A stretch of 64,000 nt of DNA, taken from contig CAZWDO010000002.1 of the NCBI GenBank assembly GCA_964632485.1, positions 1-64,000 of the forward strand. The letters are read 5' to 3'. The DNA comes from an uncultured bacterium (GTDB lineage: Bacteria; JAGOEH01). Below the pieces are notes generated by a model. It worked only from the letters and a program-made list of their open reading frames with translations. It was not told where the DNA came from and ran no database searches. Every line of letters begins with the position of its first letter. Position 1 is the stretch's first letter. Below are positions 38,383 to 49,133 of this stretch, piece after piece. The translations under genes were made by a program, and so were the position numbers.

Positions 38383-41300
38383 TTATGGCGCCTGGATCAG
38401 TTGGCTTTGGCTATGGGCATTAAATTCAGGCGCATACATACATTCAATATGTGAAATTCCACCGCTATAACTGCCTTTTTGAACAATTGTGGTTTCATAT
38501 TCAAAAATATAACGGCCTTTCGGCAGATAATCTATGAAAAAATGAGCAGCTGTATCCCGATTACTTTGGTAATAATAGAGACCGTCCTGAAAGTGGTAGG
38601 ATGAAAGTTGATCGACACATTCCACCCCGGCCGCCCGGTTGTCTTTAATATGGATAAATTCCAGACTACGATCCGTTTCCAGTTCCAGTCGGATCACCAG
38701 ATGGTCGCCTAATGCGAGGGTTTCCCGATTTAAGGGTATTAAAGTCGGACCTTGCGCGCTGTTCTTTTTAATCCATAGCGTACGTTTGATTTTAAGGGGG
38801 TTTTGAGTATGGGGCGCGATTTTGTCCATTTCTTGCCAATATTGCCAATGAAGTCCGCCCCAACTAATACCCGGAGTTTTCCGATGGAGTCTCACTCGCC
38901 CCATTTCGCTATGAATTTTATCTCCGGATACTCGATATTCGATCATATTGGTTCCACTTTCCACGCTTGGCGAATCAATGGATATCAGCCCAAGTTTAAT
39001 ATCGATAGGGGAACTATCCAATGGTAGATTTTGGTTTGGGGAGAGCAGGGCGAAAACCGCTGCAGCAGTAGATTTTGTCGTTGGCCATGAGTGGGTTTGT
39101 TTGAGCTTGAGCAACCATTGACGGCATTCATGGGCGGCTGTAGTATCCTGCGCGCATTTTTCAAGCGCCTCAATCATCATCACCTGGGTTTCCAGAGGCT
39201 CTTGCGCCCAATACCATGGAGCTTCTGTATCCGCCCAGTATCGTCCCAATTCCTCGTCATAACGGCTTCGTTCCAGTAATGAGCGGCAGATTTTCAGGCT
39301 GGTGTCTCGTTGCTCTAATTCCCATAGCGCTAATGCAATATAGGCTTGAGTCAGACGGTCGCGAGTCTGTGCCCAGCTTTTTTTCGCCAGTTTGATAAAA
39401 TAGTTGAATGCTTTTTCCGTTTCCCCCGTCAACGGACGATCTAATAAGTAAAAAGTCCGTCCATAAAGATAAAACGCTTCGAGCGAACCAATGAATGGAT
39501 CTTTGGTGGAGGTATCTCGTAACATTTCCTGATAGCGGTCGATTAACCATTGATCTAAATAATTGATAGCGGTAACAAAAGGCCCACTCATCCCGGCTTG
39601 AATACCCAGTTTTTTGATTCGTCCATAATTAGCGACAAGATAAACCGTCATATAGGTATTGTCAGGTCCGCCTTTGAACCATGGCCAGCAGCCGTTTTCG
39701 TTTTGGAGATTTTTTAACTTATCAAACGTCGAAGAGATCGACGATTCAATGTAATTGACATCGAAAAGCAGCGCAATTCGTTGCACTGATTCGGTTTGGT
39801 CACGACTCTCCAGCGCCCAGGGCGTTTCTTCCAGAAGTATGCTTTTTAAATCCGTGTCGAGTTCCAATTCTGATTTCAATCGGCCTTCTTTTTGCCATTG
39901 CCGGAACATATCTCCGATACGGGGACTACCTGCCACAATTTTTCGCGCCAACAGATTGGCGAATAAACGGTTAAAAAGCTGTTCCGCATTTTCGTAATTG
40001 GCTTCCATCAGAACCGGCAGAGCTTTCACCGCTGTCCATAAGGGCGATTGTGTTATTTCGAGGGTCAGTGATTGATGTTGGATATTTGCGTCTTGACTTT
40101 GTTCTAACTGAATCAAGTGGAACTCCCGGGCCAGGGTGTCATTGACCCATAAGGGAATCGATTCCTGAACCAGAATGCTTTTTTTCAGGATTGGAAGCAG
40201 CGATTCTTCTCCGTCGCTGAATCTATTATCGCTTGCGCTGATACGGACTGCGGCCAGTTCTACATCACGGGGAACGCAGATTGACCATTCCACTCGGGTG
40301 GATCGCTTGCTTTCAACGGTAAAATCAAGTGTCGGTTTTTGAATGGCAAAGAGATGGGTGACCGTTTTTTCCGTAAAAGGATCAAAAAGTGTTAATACTG
40401 CCTCACCAGTGATAGGCTGGTCTGTGAGATTGGATATTTTAGCGCTAATAACAATTCGGTCGCCTTCCCGTAGAAACCGGGGGAGATTCGGTTGAATCAT
40501 CAATGGTTTTTGAGTGATGATTTTTTCTTCCCAATAACCGTTGGTCAGTTCACGATTATGAGCAAAGGCCATCAACCTCCAGGAAGTCAGCGCTTCCGGC
40601 ATTTCAAACTGGAGGATAAAAAAACCGGCGCTGTCAGCTAATAGTTGAGGATAAAAAAATGCTGTTTCCCGCAGATTCCTGCGAATTGAAGGAAGAGGAT
40701 TCCGGTCATTATCATCAGACGTTTGAGCTTGCTCGGGGGGAGCTGGAAGATTATCATTACTGGATGGCTTTAATAATTTTGAGATAGAAACTTCTTCATT
40801 TTCAAATGCATCAGCAGCAAAAGCTGAAGGCTGTTCTCTGAATGATCGATTTCCAGCTCTTTGAAGCATGTCACCCATAAAAAAACCGTAAGATTGATGT
40901 ACTTCAGGTGGATATTGGGGATAAGTTTCAACTTGTGGATTTAAAAATCGGTTCCAATTCTCAAGTAGATTCCTGAACTCGCTATTTTTTTGGCGATATG
41001 AATACTGATCGTAGCGCCAGATTGGCTGGAAATAGTTAATTACTGTATGATCACTGGAAAAAACATGATCCAGCGTTGGCCAGGAATGGGGGGCTAGTAG
41101 GTCTAAAGAAGAATCGTACATTCCGGCTACCATTTCCACGGGTAATGAGTTTTGCGGCGATTGTACTCTAAGTTTCCATATTTCTTTTTTCCCCGGCAAA
41201 AGATTTGTTCTCAGGTGTTCCGGTTTAATGACCAGTTTTTTGTTGTCCCAGGGAATATCAATCCGGGTCTGCCATGGATACCATTCCTCCTCCAAGACCA

Positions 41301-44300
41301 TATTAACGTGAATAGTAAATCCGCCCCGCATTTTTTCGGTAACTGGAACTTGAAGTAAACTCTGGGATTGGGCTAATTTGAAATACTCCAGACATTGGCC
41401 GTCTCTAAACAGCTCCACACGAATCCAGGGCTTGTCAGCGCCACTGGAGCAGAGAACTGATAATGTGTCACCGACTTTCAATCCATTGCTTTTAGCTTGA
41501 CAATAAAATGGGGTATGAAGGGGGAATTTTTTATCACGGGGATCAATCATGAGCAGGCATTGCTCGGCTTTAGCGATTTTGCCTGCCGGATCTCTGGCTT
41601 CAATGACTACTCGATAGGCGCCAGACGGAAGTTTTAATTCTTTAATAGTCTTCCGGTTCGGGGAATTGCGGAACGCGATGCGTTGAAAAATCTCTCCGTT
41701 AGGCCAGCGTTGCCAATCATTGGCGCTTGTATCGTAAACAACTTCCGACGGTATTGGCTCCTGTCTCCATTGAAAATCAGGGAATTGCCGTGTTTCCTGT
41801 GGCTGGATTAATCGATAGACAAGTACTTCTCCTTCGGCTGCGACCGGTTGACCGTTTAAATTTGTATATTCAATTTTCACTGAACAGGGTTTGGAGATCA
41901 TATTCCATTCAGCCAAGGATAGATACGCTTGCCATAACGAATATCCGGCATTGATCGATTTATTATGCTGTTGGGTTTCCCCCTGAATATCCGTGATGGA
42001 AATAGTGATCGAATAACTGAATACAGGATCATTTGACGGATCTATTTTAGGATTGGGAAGCGCTTGAAAATTGAAATTGAATTTACCTTCGCGGTCGGTG
42101 AAAATTTCACCGAAGGCAAGTTCCTGGTTATCCCGGGGAAATCCAATCCAACGGTAACGCCAGATTGGATAGCTGGTTTGCCGGAATACTCGATAAGTTA
42201 CCTTTCCCCCATCAATCGGAGCTCCGGAGTAACTGACAGCGGTTCCGGTAATGCGGACGGTATCATTTACTTTGTAGGATTCATTGATTGGATCTGTTTC
42301 TATATAGAAGGTTGGCCGCTTATATTCTTCAACGCGAATGGAAGCAGATGCCTGAGGTTCAGTTGTACGAATTTCCATGACGCCTAAAAGGAGATTAACC
42401 GGTAATTGATAAGTTCCGGAAAAAGAACCCAATGCGTTGGTTTTTAATTCAAGCGTTTGGACGACTGAACGATTGCGATCGAGAAGTTCGACCTGGACAG
42501 TCTGATTTTCAAGTGTATGATAATCATTTTTTACCGGATCGGTTTCGAACAAGATGCCTTTAAAATAAATAGTCTGGCCGGGACGGTAAAGTTTACGGTC
42601 TGAAAAGAGGACGACCTGCTCTATAGCCGAAGGCGTGGAAGGAATACGATTAGCCGGAGTAATTTGGGATTGATGGTTTTGCCTTTCAATCAACCGGTTG
42701 CCTTTACTATCCAAATATTCGATAATGCGAAAGGACTCGTTTTCCCTCCATTTCGGAAGTTGTACATACCCATTTCGATCACTGGAGAGGGTTTCCTCAC
42801 CTGTTACAATATGGGTTGTTTTACCTTTCTGATAGTATTGAATTTTAACTTGAAGGCCTTTAATGGGGGTTCCCGTTAGATAATCATTGATATATGCTTC
42901 AGGGGGCTGAAACTGTTGTGTTTTGTAGTAAACAAAATAAGGGGTGACAATTATCGGAGTGTGGCTGATCTGATTGGACTTACGTTCGAAAGTTGGCTGA
43001 TATGAGGCAAAAATACGGTAGCAACCGGGTTCAATCGCCGGTAAATCGAGGAGAGTATCGCGCAAATGAAAATCGGAGTTAGCGTTCAATTCTATACTCC
43101 ATTCCAGCAAGGGAGGATTTTTTAAATATCGCCAAAGCATGGAGTCATTGATCTCCTGAGAAGTTATCATATTGTTACGGACAGTGTCCCAGGAATCACG
43201 ATATACCCGAAACGTAATCCGGTCAATATTGCGATATTGGACTCCGAGAGCTGGTGTTTTACGGGGGAGCCGCAGGGTTTTGGTTTTGATAGTCAGTTCC
43301 TTGGCCTCAATACGGTCGATGAGTGAAAGGCAGTTGTTCGCGCCTACTGTGCCGGGCCAGGCTTGGGAATAACGTTGGCATAAAGCGTGGGCCTGAATTG
43401 CATCTCCTTTCTGATATCGGATTTGCGCGATAAAGTAGGCAATCTGTGGTAATTGTTCGCTGCGAGGTGATAGAGCCAGCCAATACTGGAGCGCATGGAG
43501 GTATAGTGAATCAGCGCTTGCTCCTGGAACCAAGTTTTTTAATGTTGAAATTCGGTGTATGTCGGCATGGATCAGCGCTTCTATATCGTTTTGGTGAAAA
43601 TTGATCAATTCTTTGAAGGTTTTGATCAGCAACCAATTCGGTGATAACGTATCGCTGAAAGGGAGCGTCCATGCGTTGAATTGTGGCAACGGCTTCATAA
43701 AATCATTGGTTTTTATAATATCAAACGTTTCAATCGGTTTGGTTAGCCGCCAATCACCATTGGATAAAAAATCAATGAATTCCCAGGATAAAAAGTCAAA
43801 TAAACTCGGTCGATATAAATTGAGAGCGCTGCCGGGCGCCAGAAATTTCAACCAATCATCAATGGGTATTTTTTGTATCTCGTGGCCGCTGAGCGATTTC
43901 TTGAATGCCCAAACGGTCTTAGCATAAATCCGGTCGATATCCCAGAGGGTTATATCATCCTCTGCATTCTGTCCTTCCTGGGGAGTGCGTTGCAAAATTC
44001 GGTATCGGTTTGCCTGGTAGTACTGGTGGTACCAAAGACCGAGAATTCCATAATATAGCGGTTGCAGGGCTGGTGGCGCAGACACGATTTCTTTCTCCAA
44101 TAAGCGGATTTTGTATTCAGGGAAGCTGCCTTCAATTGCCGATTGTTGGATGATTAATTTTATTTTGGCTTTAAGCGCTGTTGGATATTCGTTTTTCTCC
44201 CAGGCTCTTTGATATAGTGACTGCAAAAGTTTGATCGTAGTTAGAGGTAATTGGTCTTGTTCCGCTTCAGCGACTTTTTTCCAGAGCATAGTATCTGTAT

Positions 44301-44382
44301 CTTCGGCATATAAAATGCAGTTCCATCCGCTTGTCAGTAAAATGTATAAAATAATATAAACGAAACAAAGTCGATTACGCAT
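38383..44382 (-). CDS. Bacterial alpha-2-macroglobulin family protein
   Basis: SDRKLYRPGQ, VEEYKRP, IRRNLRETAFF, PEALTSWR, PRFLREGD, ECMYAPEF; GAGG RBS before the ATG at 44382. Confidence 0.93.
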   Translation of the reverse strand: MRNRLCFVYIILYILLTSGWNCILYAEDTDTMLWKKVAEAEQDQLPLTTIKLLQSLYQRAWEKNEYPTALKAKIKLIIQQSAIEGSFPEYKIRLLEKEIVSAPPALQPLYYGILGLWYHQYYQANRYRILQRTPQEGQNAEDDITLWDIDRIYAKTVWAFKKSLSGHEIQKIPIDDWLKFLAPGSALNLYRPSLFDFLSWEFIDFLSNGDWRLTKPIETFDIIKTNDFMKPLPQFNAWTLPFSDTLSPNWLLIKTFKELINFHQNDIEALIHADIHRISTLKNLVPGASADSLYLHALQYWLALSPRSEQLPQIAYFIAQIRYQKGDAIQAHALCQRYSQAWPGTVGANNCLSLIDRIEAKELTIKTKTLRLPRKTPALGVQYRNIDRITFRVYRDSWDTVRNNMITSQEINDSMLWRYLKNPPLLEWSIELNANSDFHLRDTLLDLPAIEPGCYRIFASYQPTFERKSNQISHTPIIVTPYFVYYKTQQFQPPEAYINDYLTGTPIKGLQVKIQYYQKGKTTHIVTGEETLSSDRNGYVQLPKWRENESFRIIEYLDSKGNRLIERQNHQSQITPANRIPSTPSAIEQVVLFSDRKLYRPGQTIYFKGILFETDPVKNDYHTLENQTVQVELLDRNRSVVQTLELKTNALGSFSGTYQLPVNLLLGVMEIRTTEPQASASIRVEEYKRPTFYIETDPINESYKVNDTVRITGTAVSYSGAPIDGGKVTYRVFRQTSYPIWRYRWIGFPRDNQELAFGEIFTDREGKFNFNFQALPNPKIDPSNDPVFSYSITISITDIQGETQQHNKSINAGYSLWQAYLSLAEWNMISKPCSVKIEYTNLNGQPVAAEGEVLVYRLIQPQETRQFPDFQWRQEPIPSEVVYDTSANDWQRWPNGEIFQRIAFRNSPNRKTIKELKLPSGAYRVVIEARDPAGKIAKAEQCLLMIDPRDKKFPLHTPFYCQAKSNGLKVGDTLSVLCSSGADKPWIRVELFRDGQCLEYFKLAQSQSLLQVPVTEKMRGGFTIHVNMVLEEEWYPWQTRIDIPWDNKKLVIKPEHLRTNLLPGKKEIWKLRVQSPQNSLPVEMVAGMYDSSLDLLAPHSWPTLDHVFSSDHTVINYFQPIWRYDQYSYRQKNSEFRNLLENWNRFLNPQVETYPQYPPEVHQSYGFFMGDMLQRAGNRSFREQPSAFAADAFENEEVSISKLLKPSSNDNLPAPPEQAQTSDDNDRNPLPSIRRNLRETAFFYPQLLADSAGFFILQFEMPEALTSWRLMAFAHNRELTNGYWEEKIITQKPLMIQPNLPRFLREGDRIVISAKISNLTDQPITGEAVLTLFDPFTEKTVTHLFAIQKPTLDFTVESKRSTRVEWSICVPRDVELAAVRISASDNRFSDGEESLLPILKKSILVQESIPLWVNDTLAREFHLIQLEQSQDANIQHQSLTLEITQSPLWTAVKALPVLMEANYENAEQLFNRLFANLLARKIVAGSPRIGDMFRQWQKEGRLKSELELDTDLKSILLEETPWALESRDQTESVQRIALLFDVNYIESSISSTFDKLKNLQNENGCWPWFKGGPDNTYMTVYLVANYGRIKKLGIQAGMSGPFVTAINYLDQWLIDRYQEMLRDTSTKDPFIGSLEAFYLYGRTFYLLDRPLTGETEKAFNYFIKLAKKSWAQTRDRLTQAYIALALWELEQRDTSLKICRSLLERSRYDEELGRYWADTEAPWYWAQEPLETQVMMIEALEKCAQDTTAAHECRQWLLKLKQTHSWPTTKSTAAAVFALLSPNQNLPLDSSPIDIKLGLISIDSPSVESGTNMIEYRVSGDKIHSEMGRVRLHRKTPGISWGGLHWQYWQEMDKIAPHTQNPLKIKRTLWIKKNSAQGPTLIPLNRETLALGDHLVIRLELETDRSLEFIHIKDNRAAGVECVDQLSSYHFQDGLYYYQSNRDTAAHFFIDYLPKGRYIFEYETTIVQKGSYSGGISHIECMYAPEFNAHSQSQLIQAP

Positions 44383-44625
44383 AGCAGCCTCCTCGAAGGA
44401 AATAAATTTATTCAACACTTAAAAATTGCATTTAGAGCGCTAAAAACATCTTGCCATTTGGTGAACGCAAACGATGAGTGTAATCTGTTCATATCCTGCA
44501 ATTCCAGGTCAAAACTTATACGGAATATCAGGGGTGAAAAATTTTTAAGCGCGACCGTCAATTTATCCGCGCTTATTAAGAAATATATAAATAAAAACGG
44601 ATAAAAGTCAAGATAATTTTTATTG

Positions 44626-44654
44626 TTGACATTTTATGCTGAGCTGATTATATT
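44626..44654 (+). promoter_or_regulatory. Sigma70-type promoter of glgP (divergent TTGACT at 44606-44611 faces the A2M gene)
   Basis: TTGACA(44626-44631)-17-TATATT(44649-44654). Confidence 0.65.
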
Positions 44655-44733
44655 GGAAAGACGATTAAGACTTATTTTAATAACGGCAGTTTTATTAAAA
44701 ATACTGCCCAACCTTTTTGTGAAAGGATAAGTT

Positions 44734-47214
44734 ATGTCTAATGGTGGCAACTCCGTTTTTTTTACGGATGAACAAACTCTCGAAAGCTATTCGTTGGCGA
44801 ATCAGTTCGCGGAGCATTTAGAATTCATTTTAGTGAAGGACAAAATCACAGCCACGCAGAATGATGTTTATTATTCGTTATCGTTGGCGATTCGTGATCG
44901 CTTGATTCGAAAATGGTTGCGGACACAACAGAAATACAAAGAGGATGATGTAAAACGGGTGTATTATTTGTCAATGGAATTTTTAATTGGCCGTCTTTTA
45001 GGAAATGCGCTGATTAATATGGATTTTTATCATGAGTGTTATGAGATACTAAAGAAGGAAGGGCATAATCTGGAACATGTCCGGGAACTTGAAAAAGATA
45101 TGGGGCTTGGAAATGGCGGATTGGGACGTTTAGCCGCATGTTTTCTGGATTCAATGGCTACGATGGAATTGCCGGCATTTGGATATGGCATTCGCTATGA
45201 ATATGGCATTTTTTCACAGGCGATCGAAAATGGGTGGCAGGTGGAAAAACCGGATCATTGGTTGAGTTATGGTAATCCCTGGGAGATTTTCCGTCGGGAG
45301 TTAATTTTCAGAGTTAAGTTTTATGGCAGGATTGTTTCTCGCCGCGATGAACACAATCGATTGGTTTTCGATTGGGTCGATACGGAAGACGTTTTAGCTG
45401 TTGGTTATGATGTTCCTGTGCCGGGGTATCATACAAACACAGTAAACAACCTGCGCTTATGGCAGGCTAAAGCCACTGACGAATTCAGCTTTAAAGAGTT
45501 CAATGCCGGAAACTATATTGCCGCCGTTGAAAATAAAAATCTTTCTGAGAATATTTCTAAAGTTCTCTATCCCAATGATGAGTACACGGAGGGCAAGTTT
45601 TTGCGGCTACGACAACAGTATTTTTTTGTTTCCGCATCACTGCAGGATATCATTCGGAAATATAAAATCAATCATCATACCTTTGATCGCTTCGCCGAAA
45701 AAACCGCGATTCAATTAAATGATACACATCCCGTGATTGCCATCCCCGAGTTGATGAGAATTTTGATTGATCAGGAAAACATGGAATGGGAAAAAGCCTG
45801 GCAAATAACAGTCGCCACTTTTGCTTATACTAACCACACCGTAGTGCCGGAAGCATTGGAAGAGTGGCCGGTGTCCATTATGGAACAGTTGTTGCCCCGC
45901 CACCTGCAAATTATTTTTGAAATTAATTTTCGCTTTCTGGAATTTGTACGACAAAACGTGACCCGTGATGACGCAATAATTTCTGAACTTTCTATTATCC
46001 ATGAATTTCCTGAAAAGCGGGTGCGTATGGCCAATTTGGCGATTGTCGGCGCGCATAAAGTAAATGGCGTGGCGGCGTTACATACTGAAATCCTTAAGAC
46101 CCAGATTTTTAAACATTTTTATCGGGTATTTCCGGATAAGTTTATTAATATCACCAACGGCATTTCTCCCCGCCGATGGCTAAAAACCGCCAATCCTTTT
46201 TTGGCCAACGCCATAACTGAAAAAATTGGTGATCAATGGGTGATCCATCTCGCTGAATTACATAAATTGGAACAGTTTGTGGATGATGTTGAATTCCAGG
46301 ACGAATGGCGTAATGCGAAATGGGTGTGTAAAAAAGTGCTGGTGGATTATGTCCGCAGACAATTGAATCTGCAAATTGATCCGGATTCACTTTTCGATAT
46401 GCAGGTCAAACGGTTTCATGAGTATAAGCGCCAGTTATTGAATTTATTGCATGTCATTACTCTTTATAACCGTTTGCGCAATGGTCATATCAAGAATATT
46501 ACGCCACGGACTGTCTTTTTTGCCGGCAAGGCGGCGCCGGGATATTACACCGCTAAACTCATTATCAAATTGATCAATTCGGTTGCTAATGTAATTAATA
46601 ACGATCCTCAGGTTAATCAGTTTTTAAAAGTAATTTTTCTTAAGGATTATTCTGTTACCCTGGCGGAACAAATTATACCGGCGGCTGATCTTTCTGAACA
46701 AATTTCGACGGCTGGATTGGAAGCTTCCGGAACCGGAAATATGAAATTTGCGCTGAATGGCGCTTTAACGATTGGTACAATGGACGGCGCCAATATTGAA
46801 ATCAGAAAAGAAGTTGGCGACGATAATATTTTTATATTCGGTATGTTGGCCAATGAAGTATTGGCGCTCAAAAAGCAGGGATATCAACCTTATTCCTATT
46901 ATCAGAATAATTCTGAACTTCGGGAAGTGATCGATATGATTGCCACTAATTTTTTTAGTCCTTATGAAATCGATATCTTCAAACCGATTGTGGATCATTT
47001 GCTGTATAATGACCGCTATTGCTTGTTAGCAGATTATCAGTCGTACATTGATACCCAGGATAAAGTGGCTGAATGTTATCAGAACCGAACCGAATGGATC
47101 AAAAAATCAATTTTAAATTCGGCTAGAATCGGCTATTTTTCCAGTGATCGTTCAATTAAAGAATATAGTGAAAAGATATGGGATATTGAATCGATTAAAA
47201 TTGATACGATGTAG
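44734..47214 (+). CDS. glgP: Glycogen/maltodextrin phosphorylase
   Basis: GLGNGGLGRLAAC, QLNDTHP, KRFHEYKRQ, EASGTGNMK PLP motif. Confidence 0.98.
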   Translation: MSNGGNSVFFTDEQTLESYSLANQFAEHLEFILVKDKITATQNDVYYSLSLAIRDRLIRKWLRTQQKYKEDDVKRVYYLSMEFLIGRLLGNALINMDFYHECYEILKKEGHNLEHVRELEKDMGLGNGGLGRLAACFLDSMATMELPAFGYGIRYEYGIFSQAIENGWQVEKPDHWLSYGNPWEIFRRELIFRVKFYGRIVSRRDEHNRLVFDWVDTEDVLAVGYDVPVPGYHTNTVNNLRLWQAKATDEFSFKEFNAGNYIAAVENKNLSENISKVLYPNDEYTEGKFLRLRQQYFFVSASLQDIIRKYKINHHTFDRFAEKTAIQLNDTHPVIAIPELMRILIDQENMEWEKAWQITVATFAYTNHTVVPEALEEWPVSIMEQLLPRHLQIIFEINFRFLEFVRQNVTRDDAIISELSIIHEFPEKRVRMANLAIVGAHKVNGVAALHTEILKTQIFKHFYRVFPDKFINITNGISPRRWLKTANPFLANAITEKIGDQWVIHLAELHKLEQFVDDVEFQDEWRNAKWVCKKVLVDYVRRQLNLQIDPDSLFDMQVKRFHEYKRQLLNLLHVITLYNRLRNGHIKNITPRTVFFAGKAAPGYYTAKLIIKLINSVANVINNDPQVNQFLKVIFLKDYSVTLAEQIIPAADLSEQISTAGLEASGTGNMKFALNGALTIGTMDGANIEIRKEVGDDNIFIFGMLANEVLALKKQGYQPYSYYQNNSELREVIDMIATNFFSPYEIDIFKPIVDHLLYNDRYCLLADYQSYIDTQDKVAECYQNRTEWIKKSILNSARIGYFSSDRSIKEYSEKIWDIESIKIDTM

Positions 47215-47223
47215 AATTGGGAA

Positions 47224-47298
47224 TCGGGATGGGGGGATTCGAACCCCCGACCTCATGGTCCCGAACCATGCGCGCTAACCGGGCTGCGCTACATCCCG
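47224..47298 (-). tRNA. tRNA-Pro(CGG)
   Basis: CGGGATG acceptor, CATGG-TTCGGGA-CCATG anticodon arm, GGTTCGAATCC. Confidence 0.95.
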
Positions 47299-47464
47299 AA
47301 ACAGGTAATCCAATTATAATCATAATTCACCTGAAAAGCAAGAAAAAAATGATGGCAATGGAAAAATTCCCGGATTTTTTTTATTGCTTGGCATTTTGTC
47401 CCGGATGAATCTATCAGGCAATTTCTCTTCAGTGGGAAATAAACTAAACGGAAAAGAGAATAAA

Positions 47465-48472
47465 ATGATTCAAAATCAAAAAATGACATGGAAAGAGGCT
47501 TTTTTTAATACTCCTGGCCCCCGACGATTGGCCGATTCTGCCGTTTTGATCGTAAAAGGATTTTTAATGGGTATTGCTGATGTGATTCCAGGAGTATCCG
47601 GAAGAACCATTGCTTTGATCGTCGGTATTTATGAAAATATTTTAAACGCCGTTCAATCGATTGATTTAGCGGCGTTTAAACTTTTTTTCACAGGTAAATT
47701 TAAACAATTGACGGCTAAAATTCATCTGCGTTTCCTTTTAGTTCTTTTTTTAGGAATCAACAGCGCAGTAATCGGATTATCCCGCGTAATGAATTACTTA
47801 TTGAATTATCATCCGGTACCGACGTGGGCATTTTTTTTTGGTTTAATCGGCGCTTCAATATTTATTGTTGCCGGGCATGTCCAAAAATGGACAATAGGTA
47901 CATTCTTTATGGTGGTTTTGGGCGCTGTGGGCGGTTTTTTCTTAGTCGGATTGATTCCTCTAACTACGCCTGAAACCTGGTGGTTTATCTTTATTAGCGG
48001 GTTTATTGCTATTTGCGCAATGATATTGCCGGGAATCAGCGGCGCGTTTATTTTATTGATCATTGGTAAATATGAGTTTATAACGGCTTCTCTTAAAAAT
48101 CCATTTATCCTGCAAAACTTTATCACCATTACGATTTTTTCGTTAGGTTGCGCTGTGGGCTTGGGCCTGTTTACTCGTTTCCTCAATTTTTTGCTGAAAC
48201 AGTATCATTCGCTGACGATGGCATTTTTAACGGGTTTAATGGCGGGTTCGCTGCGCAAAATCTGGCCGTGGAAATTTGTGCTGGAAAGCAGGGCCATCGG
48301 CAGCAAAATCATCCCTTTACGGACAGAGAATGTCCTGCCTAACGGAGATATCGCCTCAAATTGGATGGCTTTCAGTTTGATCTTGATGGGCTTATGTATT
48401 GTTTTTGCATTGCATTGGATTGCCAAAAAGCACAAGGAAACCGAACAGGGAGAGTATCGCCAGGCTAACTGA
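47465..48472 (+). CDS. DUF368 family membrane protein (undecaprenyl-phosphate translocase family)
   Basis: MGIADVIPGVSG.T and AMILPGISG repeats, FFFGLI, GSLRKIWPW. Confidence 0.9.
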   Translation: MIQNQKMTWKEAFFNTPGPRRLADSAVLIVKGFLMGIADVIPGVSGRTIALIVGIYENILNAVQSIDLAAFKLFFTGKFKQLTAKIHLRFLLVLFLGINSAVIGLSRVMNYLLNYHPVPTWAFFFGLIGASIFIVAGHVQKWTIGTFFMVVLGAVGGFFLVGLIPLTTPETWWFIFISGFIAICAMILPGISGAFILLIIGKYEFITASLKNPFILQNFITITIFSLGCAVGLGLFTRFLNFLLKQYHSLTMAFLTGLMAGSLRKIWPWKFVLESRAIGSKIIPLRTENVLPNGDIASNWMAFSLILMGLCIVFALHWIAKKHKETEQGEYRQAN

Positions 48473-48500
48473 TTTATTAGACGGGTTCCACAAGTTACTG

Positions 48501-49133
48501 TTAGGGTACATTGATCATGGGAACAAACGAGCATTCGCTCAGCTTAAAAATATCGGTCGTCTGACGGTTTCGAACCAACACGTTTAATTCCTGAAATTCA
48601 TCAGTGCCCATGGGGAAAACGATTCGCCCGTATTCACTTGATAATTGGTCAATTAGCCGTTCCGGGATTTTTTTCACATACGCCGTGATAACAATTCGCT
48701 GAAATGGTTTTTGTTCGTCCCACCCCAAATAACCATCGCTTAATCGACGATAGATATTGCGGAATCCCATTTGGTCCAGCTTGAGGCCTGTTTGTTCGTA
48801 AAGTTGGGGAAGTAGTTCAATAGTATAGACTTCTTTTACCATTTTTGCCAGAATTGCCGTTTGATATCCGGACCCGGTCCCGATCTCCAAAACCCGTTCA
48901 ATGCCATTGAGATATAGAGCTTCAATCATACGAGCGACGGTAGATGGTTTGGATATAGTTTGATGATATCCGATTGGCAGTGAAATATCTTTATAGGCCA
49001 TTCCTGCTAAAGCCGAATCAATAAAACGTTCACGGGGAACATCGTTCATCACAGAAAGCAGATATTTATCTCTAATTTTGATTTCACTTTCCAGATAATC
49101 TACCATTTTTTTTCGGGAAAATCGGTAATTCAT
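48501..49133 (-). CDS. pcm: Protein-L-isoaspartate O-methyltransferase
   Basis: VPRERF, QTIS.P, VLEIGTGSGYQ, FVPM; follows surE. Confidence 0.95.
   Translation of the reverse strand: MNYRFSRKKMVDYLESEIKIRDKYLLSVMNDVPRERFIDSALAGMAYKDISLPIGYHQTISKPSTVARMIEALYLNGIERVLEIGTGSGYQTAILAKMVKEVYTIELLPQLYEQTGLKLDQMGFRNIYRRLSDGYLGWDEQKPFQRIVITAYVKKIPERLIDQLSSEYGRIVFPMGTDEFQELNVLVRNRQTTDIFKLSECSFVPMINVP

Noticed and set aside
26742..47298. Integrated island at a tRNA
   Set aside because: No integrase or duplicated tRNA 3' end; flanking genes are ordinary chromosomal genes
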